A stretch of 64,000 nt of DNA from Pseudomonadota bacterium. Its GTDB lineage: Bacteria > Pseudomonadota > Alphaproteobacteria > Rickettsiales > UBA1997. The first letter of the stretch is position 1; the number at the start of each line of letters is the position of its first letter. Position numbers and translations under genes: made by a program. This document shows, piece by piece, positions 19,025-29,333 of the stretch. The notes below the pieces were generated by a model, which saw only the letters and a list, made by a program, of their open reading frames with translations, did no database searches and was not told the origin of the DNA. The DNA is taken from NCBI GenBank assembly GCA_040386195.1, contig JAZKFV010000003.1, forward strand, positions 2,029-66,028. Reading direction: 5' to 3'.

Positions 19025-19650
19025 AAAAATCCGACATCGATAAAATCTTCTCCATCTTCCAAAAACAAAATCCTCACCCTAAAACTGAATTAGAATATAA
19101 AAATAATTATACGCTTTTAGTCGCAGTAGTTCTATCGGCGCAAAGCACTGATGTTGGGGTGAATAAAGCAACTAAAAAACTTTTTGCTCTTGCTGATACG
19201 CCGGAAAAAATGATTAAAATTGGTGAGGAAAATCTCAAAAAATATATCAACACGATTGGGCTTTATAATGGCAAAGCTAAAAATGTGATTGCGCTGTCAA
19301 AAATTTTGGTGGAGAAATTTAATTCAGAAGTTCCGGAAGATTTGGAGATTCTGCAATCGCTTCCCGGAGTTGGTAGAAAAACCGCCAATGTGGTTTTGAA
19401 CTGCGCTTTTGGGCATCCAACTATTGGAGTTGATACTCATGTTTTTCGCGTTTCTAATCGCATTGGAATTGCCAATGAAAAAAATGTTTTAAAAACTGAA
19501 TTAGCATTACTCAAAAATATTCCCAAAAAATGGCAACTTCATGCTCATCATTGGTTGATTTTGCATGGTCGTTATATTTGCACCGCCAAAAAACCCAAAT
19601 GCGAAATTTGCCCAATTAATCAATATTGTCAATATGCCAACTCCAAATGA
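19021..19650 (+). CDS. nth: Endonuclease III
   Basis: 209 aa. HhH-GPD ([13 protein letters not shown]), catalytic VDTHVFRV, and a C-terminal 4Fe-4S cluster [17 protein letters not shown]. Confidence 0.93.
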   Translation: MKKSDIDKIFSIFQKQNPHPKTELEYKNNYTLLVAVVLSAQSTDVGVNKATKKLFALADTPEKMIKIGEENLKKYINTIGLYNGKAKNVIALSKILVEKFNSEVPEDLEILQSLPGVGRKTANVVLNCAFGHPTIGVDTHVFRVSNRIGIANEKNVLKTELALLKNIPKKWQLHAHHWLILHGRYICTAKKPKCEICPINQYCQYANSK

Positions 19651-20740
19651 AATATTTCGTCCAATCGCCAAAATTTCGGCTGCTAATTTGCTGCATAATT
19701 TAAAAACTCTACAAAGCCGCGCGCCACAAAGCAAAACCATCGCCATGGTTAAAGCTAATGGTTATGGACATTCAATTTGCCAAGTTGCTCAGTATTTAGA
19801 AAATCATCTTTATGGATTGGGAGTAGCGCGAATTGATGAAGCGTTGGCTTTAAGACAAGCTGGAATTCAAGCTCCAATTATGCTTGCCGAAGGAGTTTTT
19901 CAAAAAGATGATTTAGAAATTTGTGCGGCGCAAAATTTTGAGCCGGTCTTTCATAATTCTTTGCAGCTTGAATGGATTGAAAATTCTAAATTATCTAAGC
20001 CAATTAAAATTTGTCTAAAAATTAACAGCGGAATGAATCGTTTGGGCTTTGATTTTACTGAATCGAAAGCGGCTTATCAAATTTTATCTGCCAATAAAAA
20101 TATTATCCAACCAATTGGAATAATGTCGCATCTTGCTTGCGCTGACGATAAAAATCATCCGCTCAATAATTCTCAAATTGCTGCTTTCAAAAATTTTATT
20201 GCAAATTTAGCAGGAGAAAAAACTCTCAACAACTCAGCGGGAATAATTAATTTTCCAGAAAATAATTACGACATAATTCGCCCCGGACTTGCTTTATACG
20301 GCGCTTCGCCAGTTAATGATCAAAGTGCAGAAGAGTTAAATTTAAAACCAGTGATGACTTTACAAACCAAAATCATCGCTATTCACAATTTAAAAAAAGG
20401 CGAAACAATTGGTTATGGCGCAAGATTTATTTGTCCAAAAAATATGAAAATTGCCGTTGCTGCAATCGGCTATGGCGACGGCTATTCTCGCACTATTCAA
20501 GATGGCGCACCAATTTTAGTTGGTGGCAAAAAATGTTTTTTAGCGGGAAAAGTTTCAATGGACACCATCACAATTGATATTAGCAATAATGAAAATGCCC
20601 AAATTGGTGATGAAGTAATTTTGTGGGGCGATGGCTTGCCAATTGACGAGGTCAAAGAATTTAGCACCTGCTCTGCTTATGATTTATTCTGCGCGGTTCA
20701 GCAAAGGGTTGAGAGAGGGATTATGTTTAACAATCAATAA
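19634..20740 (+). CDS. alr: Alanine racemase
   Basis: AMVKANGYGH (PLP lysine motif) and later YGDGYSR. Start moved to the ATG at 19634 ([10 protein letters not shown]); the track start at 19565 would lie deep inside nth. Confidence 0.9.
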   Translation: MPTPNEIFRPIAKISAANLLHNLKTLQSRAPQSKTIAMVKANGYGHSICQVAQYLENHLYGLGVARIDEALALRQAGIQAPIMLAEGVFQKDDLEICAAQNFEPVFHNSLQLEWIENSKLSKPIKICLKINSGMNRLGFDFTESKAAYQILSANKNIIQPIGIMSHLACADDKNHPLNNSQIAAFKNFIANLAGEKTLNNSAGIINFPENNYDIIRPGLALYGASPVNDQSAEELNLKPVMTLQTKIIAIHNLKKGETIGYGARFICPKNMKIAVAAIGYGDGYSRTIQDGAPILVGGKKCFLAGKVSMDTITIDISNNENAQIGDEVILWGDGLPIDEVKEFSTCSAYDLFCAVQQRVERGIMFNNQ

Positions 20741-20746
20741 AATTTC

Positions 20747-22084
20747 TTAGACAATCTCCTTAGCAATCACTTCGGCAATCTGCTTAATCAAATTTTGATT
20801 TTTTCCTTCCACCATAATTCTAATCAATTTTTCAGTTCCGGATTTTCTAACCAAAACTCTGCCCTCGCCTTTGAGCTTTGATTCTGCTGCTTTTATGGCA
20901 TCTTGAACTTTTGGGTTTTCAAGTGGATTATCATTGCCTTGATATTTTACATTATGCAAAATTTGGGGCATCAATTCAAAAACATTAGCAATTTGGCTGG
21001 CGGATTTTTTTTGGGCGGACAAAATTTCTAGAACTTGCAAAGCGGCAATTAAACCATCTCCAGTTGTAGAATAATCGCCCAAAACTATGTGACCTGATTG
21101 TTCGCCGCCAAAATTATAGCCAGATTTTTTCATCTCTTCTAAAACATAACGATCACCAACATTGGCGCGCACCAAAGAGACTCCGAAATAGCGCAGATAT
21201 TCTTCCAAAGCTAAGTTCGACATTTGGGTTGCAACTACAGTATCTTTTTTCAAATTGCCTTCATTGTGCAATTTTTCAGCAATCAAACCGATAATTTTAT
21301 CACCATGAATTGCCGCACCATTTTCATCAACCACCAAAAGCCGATCTGCGTCGCCATCCAAAGCAATACCGATATCAGCTTTATTTTCTAAAACAGTTTT
21401 GCTTAAAAGTTCAGGATGATTTGAACCGCAATTTTCGTTGATATTAAATCCATCTGGCGAAACGCCAATAGAAATAACTTCTGCGCCCAGCTCCCACAAA
21501 ATGGTTGGCGCCATAGAATAAGCCGCGCCATTGGCGCAATCGATGACGATTTTTAAACCTTCTAAACTTTTATCTTTAGGAAAAGAATTTTTAACAAATT
21601 CCATATAGCGACCGCGCGCATCTTCAATTCTTTTCGCTTTACCAAGCATATCCGGCTTTGCCAAATGAGCGCTGATATCGTTATCAATCATCGCTTCAAT
21701 TTCTTTTTCAACTTCGTCATTTAGTTTATTGCCGTTTTTATCAAAAATTTTAATGCCATTATCATAAAACGGATTGTGCGATGCGGAAATCATAATGCCA
21801 ATATCGGCGCGCAAAGATTTGGTCAACATTGAAACTGCCGGAGTTGGAACTGGACCAACTAAAAACACATCCATTCCCACTGCTAAAAAACCAGCGGTTA
21901 AAGCTGATTCCACCATATAGCCGGAAAGCCGCGTGTCTTTGCCAATCACCACTCGATGACGATGTCCGCCATTGATAAATTTGGCGCCAACTGCCATTCC
22001 AACTTTCAAGGCAATTTCTGGAGTGATAGGAAATTTATTGGCCGTGCCTCTAATGCCATCAGTGCCGAAATATTTTTTAGTCAT
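20747..22084 (-). CDS. glmM: Phosphoglucosamine mutase
   Basis: 445 aa. MTKKYFGTDGIRG..., active-site SASHNP, GDGDADR and GGEQSGH motifs. Confidence 0.95.
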   Translation of the reverse strand: MTKKYFGTDGIRGTANKFPITPEIALKVGMAVGAKFINGGHRHRVVIGKDTRLSGYMVESALTAGFLAVGMDVFLVGPVPTPAVSMLTKSLRADIGIMISASHNPFYDNGIKIFDKNGNKLNDEVEKEIEAMIDNDISAHLAKPDMLGKAKRIEDARGRYMEFVKNSFPKDKSLEGLKIVIDCANGAAYSMAPTILWELGAEVISIGVSPDGFNINENCGSNHPELLSKTVLENKADIGIALDGDADRLLVVDENGAAIHGDKIIGLIAEKLHNEGNLKKDTVVATQMSNLALEEYLRYFGVSLVRANVGDRYVLEEMKKSGYNFGGEQSGHIVLGDYSTTGDGLIAALQVLEILSAQKKSASQIANVFELMPQILHNVKYQGNDNPLENPKVQDAIKAAESKLKGEGRVLVRKSGTEKLIRIMVEGKNQNLIKQIAEVIAKEIV

Positions 22085-22090
22085 AGTGAT

Positions 22091-25000
22091 TTATAGAATC
22101 ATTGTTTGTCCTACTATTTGTCCTACTAAAGGAGATTTTTTCTTCAACTTTGCTTGGTAGGATGTTGGCGACTCTCCTCCCACAGATTGAACATAGGTTT
22201 GAGCAGAATCTTTTTGCGCCAGCGGCTGAACTCTAGATCTTTTGTTGGTAATTTGAGCGGCAACTTGTGGAACATTTTCATCCTCAGCTTGAGGCTCAAC
22301 TTGAGCAGGTTCAGCTTGGGTTCTTTTACGACTTGTTGTAGGTTCTGGATTAGGCAGTTGATTTTCTTTATTTTCCTCAATCTCATCTTCCATTTCATCA
22401 TCTTCTACTTCTGGCTCCGCCATTTCTTCATCTTCTACTTCTGGCTCTGCCATTTCCTCATCTTCCTGTTCTAGCTCTGCCATTTCTTCATCTTCCTGTT
22501 CTGACTCCGTCATTTCTTTGTTTTCATCAACCTTAGCAGCTTCTTTTTGTTGAGCTGGAAATTTTTTTGCAACATATTTGGCGCCTTTAAAAGCTTTTCC
22601 ATAATGCTGCTCAACTTCTACAGAAATTGCCATTACCGCCATTTCTTTCTTGGTTTGATATTCTTCTTGAACTTCTTTTAATTTGGCAAATAAAGCATCA
22701 ATGTCATCATCAAAACCTTCATCAACCAAATATTCTTGCGCATCTTTTCTGGTTTTATTTTCATTTTTATTTTTCTCCAGATAATCCTCCATCACAATAA
22801 GCTGCGCGATTTTAATTGGTCGATAACGCTCTAGCATCTGCTGTTGCTTGGGTTGGCCAATGCCATTTTCTTCTAAAAAATCATTAAAATTAAAACCAGG
22901 ATCATCATAGCTCTCTTCCAAAAGCTGATCATATAAAGCAACATTTTCCTGAGAAATTATATCAACCAAAAGCATTCTTTTGATCATCTCTTCTCGGTTT
23001 TTTTCGTCAACATTTTGAGCATAAATACAGTTATTATCGTCAGCATAATAAGCCATATTTCTTTCCAACTCTTCGCGCATCAACTTATCACCTTGCGCCG
23101 GCAAATAATTATGTTTGATACCCAATTTACTTGCCTCATAAAAATAAAAATCACTCTCTTTTAAATCTTTAATCACAGCATCATAAGCCACATCTTTGGT
23201 TGCAGCGGCTATATTTTTTTTCTGCTCTTTTTCCAACTCGGCGATTTTTTTAGGAATGGCATTTACTTCAAACAAACCTTTTAATGTTGCTTCTGCCTGA
23301 GGATTATTTTGAACCTGATAATATTTTGGCTTGCCATCAACCACAACCTCCACAAGTGCATCAGCAAATTTTAAAGCTTTTTTATCATCCAAAAATTCGG
23401 CTTTAAATGTTTTGCCATCAGCTTCAAGAATGTCAGCAATTTTTATGAATTTTTCTTCCGCCTCACCTTCTTTCTTTTCTTTTTTATCTTGAAGTTTGTA
23501 TTTAGTTTTAAGCCTATCTAATTTGGCAATCTGACTATCTAAACCAAAAATTTTATCAACTTGATCACCATTTTTATCTTCAGCTGCTCTGATTTTATCA
23601 ACTTGATCACCATTTTTATCTTCAGCTGCTCTTAATTGAATCAATGATTTAAAGCCGGCTTCGCCTTTTAATTCAAAAAGTTTATCGAATGTTTTGCCTT
23701 TTTCTAAAGCTTTGCCTTTTTCTAAAGCGGCGATTAAATCCGGCGCTTTATTGCCAAAAATATTTTTCAGCAACATTGCACAAGATTTGGGATTGGCTTG
23801 ATATTTTCTTTGCAACCAATCCGCAGCTTTGGCGGCAACAAATAAATCTTTTCTTAAAGATAATTCATCACCACCATATTTCTTGCCTTGCTCTTTCAAC
23901 CTTTTTATTTCTGCTTCTCTTAATGCTTCATATTTCGCTTCAAAAGCCGCTTTGGCATCAGGCAAAATATCAGCAGCTTTTCTCATTCGCTCAATTTCTC
24001 TATTGGTGTAATTAGTTGCCACATCAAAAGCCATCATCAAAGCAAAGCCAGAAAGTGGTGAACCAGCAAAGCCACCACCAACTGAAGTCATAATTGGTGA
24101 AGTAATTGGATTGACCACCAGATTATTAACAATGCTAAGCGGACCACCAAATAAATTGCCGACCATTGTCATCAAATTATCCAAACCCATATGATCAGTA
24201 AGCCAAGCCGCATCACCAAAAGGACCGTTGACGCTAAAGAATGAGCCTAAAAAATGTGGAATATCTAAAGCGCCGCTTAAAAATGGTTGCAAAGCATTAA
24301 AAATAATTCCGGCAACTGGGATTGGCAAAAGTGGCGAGCAAAGCAGCAATAGTTGAATAATGCGATATTTATTTAGATCATCACCTTCAATTTGACCTTT
24401 TTCAATTTTATCTAAAATAGCTTTATTGGCTTCTATGACGGCATCTTGCAAACCTTTCAAATATTTTGCATGCTCAGCATCAAAAGTTTCTGCCTGTTTT
24501 TCATTAAATTTTAAAAGTTTTTGAAATTCTTCTTCATTAAGCAATCCAGCATCACGCTCATTTTGAAATCTCAATAATTGATCTTTCAAACCCTGATTAA
24601 GTTCAGGATCATTACAAGCTCTGTCCAATAGCTGATCGACAAACTTTCTAAAATCTTTCCAATCAGTGCTATCGGTGGGATTACTTGAAGTTAAAATTCC
24701 TTTAGTAAGCGGATGACAAACCGATCTAGTCAAAGCTCTGGAATATTGCAAAGTATCATAAAGTAAATTTTGCAACGGAGCGTGATCAGATTTTTTGCCT
24801 TTTTCACCAATATCACTTTTTGCAACAACACCACTTTCAAGAGTTTTCTGAAAATTATTTTTGTATCTCTCAACTCTTGCTTTGAAAAGTCTAAGCTTGC
24901 GCTCGGCTTTAAGTTCTTCGCTGATACTAACCGGATAATAAATTGGACCAGATTTCTTTTCGACCTGATCTTTCAGAGCTTTGGTAAGAATTTTGCTACC

Positions 25001-25513
25001 AACTTGAGCAGCTTCATCTTTATCTTTAGCGTTTTTGATTTTGGTATTACGATGTTGCGCCGCTTCCAAAAGTTCTTGCGCCTTATCAAGTCCTTTTAAA
25101 AATTGTAATTGACCAAAAAGCCAAGCCGCTCTTTGAAATTTAGAAAGATCTTCTTCATCAAAAGCACTGTCGCTATTCATAGCTGCCTGCTCTTCCAAAA
25201 GCATTTGCTGATTTTTGTCAGCAAATTCTTTAAGCATATCAGAATGATTGGTGAAATGTTTTTCTATCAAAGCTCGAACTTCTTTTTCGGCTTCCGCACT
25301 CTTAAATATTAGCTGGTCATTCTCATCATCAAATTCAAAATATTGATCATCACCGGCAATAGGGTTTCTGATTCGGTCTAAAAATAATTCAGCTGCCGAA
25401 ATATTTCCCTTACCAACATTAAATCCAAGATCTTTCTTTAAAGCTCTTTGCACCGTTTTACTTTTACTAAATGCTGGAACATTTGTTAAATTAACATCAA
25501 TCGTTTTAGTCAT
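22091..25513 (-). CDS. Large coiled-coil protein with a central Gly/Pro-rich hydrophobic region and an acidic repeat tail, putative secreted or membrane-inserted effector
   Basis: 1140-aa ORF with no recognisable enzymatic motif. Hydrophobic block IIQLLLLCSPLLPIPVAGIIFNALQPFLSG...GGGFAGSPLSGFALMMAF. Tandem coding repeats present. Confidence 0.6.
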   Translation of the reverse strand: MTKTIDVNLTNVPAFSKSKTVQRALKKDLGFNVGKGNISAAELFLDRIRNPIAGDDQYFEFDDENDQLIFKSAEAEKEVRALIEKHFTNHSDMLKEFADKNQQMLLEEQAAMNSDSAFDEEDLSKFQRAAWLFGQLQFLKGLDKAQELLEAAQHRNTKIKNAKDKDEAAQVGSKILTKALKDQVEKKSGPIYYPVSISEELKAERKLRLFKARVERYKNNFQKTLESGVVAKSDIGEKGKKSDHAPLQNLLYDTLQYSRALTRSVCHPLTKGILTSSNPTDSTDWKDFRKFVDQLLDRACNDPELNQGLKDQLLRFQNERDAGLLNEEEFQKLLKFNEKQAETFDAEHAKYLKGLQDAVIEANKAILDKIEKGQIEGDDLNKYRIIQLLLLCSPLLPIPVAGIIFNALQPFLSGALDIPHFLGSFFSVNGPFGDAAWLTDHMGLDNLMTMVGNLFGGPLSIVNNLVVNPITSPIMTSVGGGFAGSPLSGFALMMAFDVATNYTNREIERMRKAADILPDAKAAFEAKYEALREAEIKRLKEQGKKYGGDELSLRKDLFVAAKAADWLQRKYQANPKSCAMLLKNIFGNKAPDLIAALEKGKALEKGKTFDKLFELKGEAGFKSLIQLRAAEDKNGDQVDKIRAAEDKNGDQVDKIFGLDSQIAKLDRLKTKYKLQDKKEKKEGEAEEKFIKIADILEADGKTFKAEFLDDKKALKFADALVEVVVDGKPKYYQVQNNPQAEATLKGLFEVNAIPKKIAELEKEQKKNIAAATKDVAYDAVIKDLKESDFYFYEASKLGIKHNYLPAQGDKLMREELERNMAYYADDNNCIYAQNVDEKNREEMIKRMLLVDIISQENVALYDQLLEESYDDPGFNFNDFLEENGIGQPKQQQMLERYRPIKIAQLIVMEDYLEKNKNENKTRKDAQEYLVDEGFDDDIDALFAKLKEVQEEYQTKKEMAVMAISVEVEQHYGKAFKGAKYVAKKFPAQQKEAAKVDENKEMTESEQEDEEMAELEQEDEEMAEPEVEDEEMAEPEVEDDEMEDEIEENKENQLPNPEPTTSRKRTQAEPAQVEPQAEDENVPQVAAQITNKRSRVQPLAQKDSAQTYVQSVGGESPTSYQAKLKKKSPLVGQIVGQTMIL
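22391..22510. repeat. 4 x 30-nt tandem coding repeat (acidic decapeptides EMAEPEVEDE / EMAELEQEDE)
   Basis: The unit catttcNtcatcttcNNNttctNgctcNgc is repeated head to tail from 22391. Confidence 0.9.
23551..23634. repeat. 2 x 42-nt tandem coding repeat (IRAAEDKNGDQVDK)
   Basis: ttttatcaacttgatcaccatttttatcttcagctgctct occurs at 23551 and 23593. Confidence 0.9.
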
Positions 25514-25530
25514 TTGTATCTGAAATTTAG

Positions 25531-26178
25531 TTAATAGACAAATCGCTTTATAGGCTTACAAACTGCAGATTGCAAACATTTTTCAATAATCGCTTGAACC
25601 TGACGATAACAGAAGGCTTTACCAAGTCCGTTATGAATTAGAAAATCGGCTTGTTTTTTTCTTTGTAAATTATTGATTTGATGGGAAGTAATATTTTTGA
25701 ATTTTTTATAAACCTCATCGCGCTGCAGCCCTTGCGTAAGCGGAAAGCGGCTTTTAAAACGTTGAAATTGAACTGGTTTAGAAACAATAAGAGCAATGGT
25801 TTTATGACATCTTTTATAACCATCTTTTTCAAATAATAACGGAATATTGAGAACTGCAATTTTACGATGATTACGGCGGCAATTTTTGAGGAAAAGATTT
25901 TCTTGTTTGTGTAAATGCGGATAAATAATTTGTTCTAAATTTTGCAATTTTTCTTTATCAGCCAAAACTTCTGCACCCAATATTTTCCTATCTATTTTGT
26001 TATTTATAATTGCTTGCGGAAAATTCTTTTTCACCAATAAAAAAATCTCCAAATTATTCGCCAATAATTTATGCACTTCCAAATCCGCATCAAAAACCGG
26101 AATTTTTAATCTTTGTAATTGGCTAGAGGCAAAGCTTTTTCCACTCGCCACTCCACCAGTTAGTCCAATTATTAGCAT
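25531..26178 (-). CDS. coaE: Dephospho-CoA kinase
   Basis: 215 aa. MLIIGLTGGVASGKS P-loop followed by VFDADLEVHKLL. Confidence 0.9.
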   Translation of the reverse strand: MLIIGLTGGVASGKSFASSQLQRLKIPVFDADLEVHKLLANNLEIFLLVKKNFPQAIINNKIDRKILGAEVLADKEKLQNLEQIIYPHLHKQENLFLKNCRRNHRKIAVLNIPLLFEKDGYKRCHKTIALIVSKPVQFQRFKSRFPLTQGLQRDEVYKKFKNITSHQINNLQRKKQADFLIHNGLGKAFCYRQVQAIIEKCLQSAVCKPIKRFVY

Positions 26179-27602
26179 AATTCTTTAGGAAGAGAAATTT
26201 GATTAAAAATTAATTGCTCAGATAAATCTTTTTTTAATTTATCTAAATTTATCTCAGTCAAAGCTTCACATCTTGCTACCAAAACCGCGCCAGTGTTGGA
26301 AGCGCGCAGCAACCACCAACCATTTTCATTTTGCATTCTAATGCCATCAACATCGTTGAATGAAATATTTTTAGCCCGTAATTGTTTTTTAATTTCTTCA
26401 ACAATGACAAACTTTTTTTCTTCACTACATTCAATTCTAATTTCTGGAGTTGAAAAAGTTTTTGGCAGTGATTTTCTAATTTCTGATAAAGATTTTCCTT
26501 CTTTCAAAATAATATTAATGATTCTCACCGCCGCATAAATTCCATCATCAAAACCAAAATAACGATCAGCAAAAAAGATATGACCACTCATCTCGCCAGC
26601 CAATGGAGATTTGGTTTCTTTCATTTTAGCTTTGATCAAACTGTGACCAGTTTTCCACATCAAAGGCACACCGCCAAATTTTTTAATTTCGTCGAATAAA
26701 ACTTGGCTAGCTTTTACATCGGCAATAATTGTGGCGCCCGGATATTCTTCCAAAACATCTTTGGCAAATAAACACATTAGCTGATCGCCCCATAAAACTT
26801 CGCCCTGGTTATCAACCACGCCAATACGGTCGCCATCGCCGTCGAAAGCAACACCAATATCACATTCATTTTCTAAAACTGACTTTTTTAAATCGAGCAA
26901 ATTCGCCTCAACAGTTGGGTCGGGATGATGATTGGGAAAATTGCCGTCAATTTCTTCAAATAATAAAAAATGTTTGGCTTTAAGTTTATCAGTTAATTTG
27001 CGAACCACCTCGCCGGTTGCGCCATTACCAATATCCCAGCTAATTTTTAAACGTTGTTTTGTATCTTCCAAAAAGTGATCCAGCTCATCTAAAAGTTCAC
27101 TATCACTTTCAATGTCGCAATCATTGGCTAAATGATCGACATAATTTTCCATAATATGAACGTGATCAACATTGCCAGCTTCATCAACAAAATTTCCAAC
27201 TTCAGCAATTGCACCAAGATTGGCAATATCCGCGCCATAAAACGGGCGATCTTTCAACAAAAATTTAAAACCATTATGATTGGCTGGATTGTGCGAGCCA
27301 GTAATCATAATGCCCGCATCGGCTTGCAAATGATAAACTCCAAAATAAAGCATTGGCGTTGGGCACAAACCAATTTCTGAAACATTCATTCCCGAATCAA
27401 TCAAACCGCGAATCAAGCTATCCTTCAAATCTGGCGAACTCAATCTGCCGTCATAACCAACTACAACTTTATTTTTTTGTTCAGCACTTAAAAATTTGGC
27501 AAAAGCTTTGCCAATAAAATAAGCATCTTCTTCACTTAATGTTTCACCAATAATACCGCGAATATCATAAGCTCTTAAAATTGAAGGATGGAATTTGTAC
27601 AT
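26172..27602 (-). CDS. Phosphomannomutase/phosphoglucomutase (alpha-D-phosphohexomutase family)
   Basis: MYKFHPSILRAYDIRG..., TGSHNP active site, FDGDGDR, GEMSGH. Start set at 27602, because the 48 upstream codons in the track are read through a palindromic repeat element. Confidence 0.9.
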   Translation of the reverse strand: MYKFHPSILRAYDIRGIIGETLSEEDAYFIGKAFAKFLSAEQKNKVVVGYDGRLSSPDLKDSLIRGLIDSGMNVSEIGLCPTPMLYFGVYHLQADAGIMITGSHNPANHNGFKFLLKDRPFYGADIANLGAIAEVGNFVDEAGNVDHVHIMENYVDHLANDCDIESDSELLDELDHFLEDTKQRLKISWDIGNGATGEVVRKLTDKLKAKHFLLFEEIDGNFPNHHPDPTVEANLLDLKKSVLENECDIGVAFDGDGDRIGVVDNQGEVLWGDQLMCLFAKDVLEEYPGATIIADVKASQVLFDEIKKFGGVPLMWKTGHSLIKAKMKETKSPLAGEMSGHIFFADRYFGFDDGIYAAVRIINIILKEGKSLSEIRKSLPKTFSTPEIRIECSEEKKFVIVEEIKKQLRAKNISFNDVDGIRMQNENGWWLLRASNTGAVLVARCEALTEINLDKLKKDLSEQLIFNQISLPKELC

Positions 27603-27632
27603 AGTTAAGTTATTTCTAATTGTTAATAAAAC

Positions 27633-27726
27633 TGTCATCCTGAGTGTAGCGAAGGATCTCATGAGCCGCGCCGCGAACTTAAACCGAACTCGCCTCAAGA
27701 GATCCTTCGCTACACTCAGGATGACA
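27633..27726. repeat. MITE-like palindromic repeat element (family A)
   Basis: The arm tgtcatcctgagtgtagcgaaggatctcatgag pairs with ctcaagagatccttcgctacactcaggatgaca. A second copy lies at 29673..29766. Confidence 0.9.
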
Positions 27727-27729
27727 ACA

Positions 27730-28509
27730 TCAAGATATTTTTCCAATCACTGGACTACTCGCAACTGCAAATTGTTTCTTTTCCATTCTTCCAGCTAAAT
27801 AAGCCATTCTGCCCGCCTCAATTGCCAGCTTCATCGCCTTTGCCATTAAAATTGGATTTTGCGCTTTAGCAATTGCAGTGTTCATCAACACGCCATCACA
27901 GCCCAGTTCCATTGCAATTGCCGCGTCTGAAGCGGTTCCAACTCCGGCGTCAACTAAAACTGGAACTTTGCTTTGTTCAACAATAAAACGAATATTTAAT
28001 GCGTTTTGAATGCCCAAACCAGAACCAATTGGAGCCGCCAAAGGCATAATGGCGCAGCAGCCAATATCCTCTAATTCTTTAGCAACAATTGGATCGTCCG
28101 ATGTATAAACCATCACTTCAAAACCTTCTTTAATCAATAATTCCGCGGCTTTAATTGTCTCAACAACTTTTGGATATAAAGTTTTTTCATCCGCCAAAAC
28201 TTCTAACTTCACCAAATTCCACCCACCCGCAACCCGCGCCAAACGCAAAGTGCGCACCGCATCAAAGGCAGTGAAACATCCAGCAGTATTTGGCAAATAA
28301 GTATATTTTTTTGGATCAATAAAATCTTGCAGCATTGGCTCATTTTTATTTTCCACATTCACCCGACGCACCGCAACAGTGACAATCTCGGCGCCACTAG
28401 CTTCAATCGCCAATTTGGTTTCCTTAAAATCTTTATATTTGCCAGTTCCAACCAAAAGACGCGAATTAAATTTATGGCCAGCAACTTGAAAAAAATCTTG
28501 ATCAATCAT
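27730..28509 (-). CDS. thiG: Thiazole synthase ThiG
   Basis: 259 aa. [12 protein letters not shown]...LPNTAGC...[14 protein letters not shown]...[11 protein letters not shown]. Confidence 0.93.
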   Translation of the reverse strand: MIDQDFFQVAGHKFNSRLLVGTGKYKDFKETKLAIEASGAEIVTVAVRRVNVENKNEPMLQDFIDPKKYTYLPNTAGCFTAFDAVRTLRLARVAGGWNLVKLEVLADEKTLYPKVVETIKAAELLIKEGFEVMVYTSDDPIVAKELEDIGCCAIMPLAAPIGSGLGIQNALNIRFIVEQSKVPVLVDAGVGTASDAAIAMELGCDGVLMNTAIAKAQNPILMAKAMKLAIEAGRMAYLAGRMEKKQFAVASSPVIGKIS

Positions 28510-28576
28510 TTTAAAAATATTTAGTTTAGTTAAATTAACTACAGCAAATTCAATCTTAATCGAACTTTAAACTCAA

Positions 28577-29161
28577 ATGAATAAATCCACAATCAGACAA
28601 ATTTACAAACAAAAACGCGCCGAATTAAATGCGCAGCAAGTGCGAGAGGAATCAAAAATAATTGCTGATAATTTTATTAAAAATTTATTGCCAAAAATCG
28701 CAAATTTTTCTGATCAAAAATTAGCATTTTATATCGCCGCAAATAATGAAGTTGATCCGATTTTTATTTTGGAACATTGCCAGAAATTAGGAAATGTTAT
28801 TGCTCTGCCAAAAATTGTTCCTAATCAAAAAGTTCTCGAATTTAAATCCTATAAAATTGGCGACAAATTAATTGCTAACAATATTTATACAAAAATTTTA
28901 GAACCCGAAGAATCAAAGCCACAAATTATTCCTAATATTATTTTTGTACCATTAATTGCTTTTGACAAACAGCTCCATCGCCTTGGAATGGGCGGCGGCT
29001 TTTATGATGCTACCATAAAAAACTTACGCCAAAATTCTCAGCCAATGTTTATCGGACTAGGCTATGACTGGCAGGAATGCCCTCAAATTATTACTGAAAA
29101 TTGTGATCAAAATCTTGATTTTCTAATATCTGAAAATCACATACTGCCCGCCAATCAATAA
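28577..29161 (+). CDS. 5-formyltetrahydrofolate cyclo-ligase
   Basis: 194 aa. IRQIYKQKR..L.......S..I, and later VPLIAFDKQLHRLGMGGGFYD, typical of the MTHFS/YgfA family. Confidence 0.8.
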   Translation: MNKSTIRQIYKQKRAELNAQQVREESKIIADNFIKNLLPKIANFSDQKLAFYIAANNEVDPIFILEHCQKLGNVIALPKIVPNQKVLEFKSYKIGDKLIANNIYTKILEPEESKPQIIPNIIFVPLIAFDKQLHRLGMGGGFYDATIKNLRQNSQPMFIGLGYDWQECPQIITENCDQNLDFLISENHILPANQ

Positions 29162-29333
29162 AACCAATATTGTATCAATTTCTAAGATCCTAATAAAAAA
29201 AACAAATTAATGGTTGCTTTCATATTTTTTTATTATAATTTACGAGAAACTATGCGATTTCAAAGTGTCTTTGATACTTTAAAATAGCGTGTTACAAAGG
29301 TTTTTATAATATTAATTTTTTTGGAATTTCACA

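Noticed and set aside
22391-22510. Regular 30-nt tandem repeats that might be mistaken for a CRISPR array.
   Set aside because: The repeats are contiguous without spacers. They are in frame within a long ORF and encode acidic decapeptides. No cas genes are present in the window.
27603-27746. 48-codon N-terminal extension of the phosphohexomutase ORF ([16 protein letters not shown]...).
   Set aside because: The extension is the translation of palindromic repeat element A. The conserved mutase N-terminus MYKFHPSILRAYDIRG starts at 27602.
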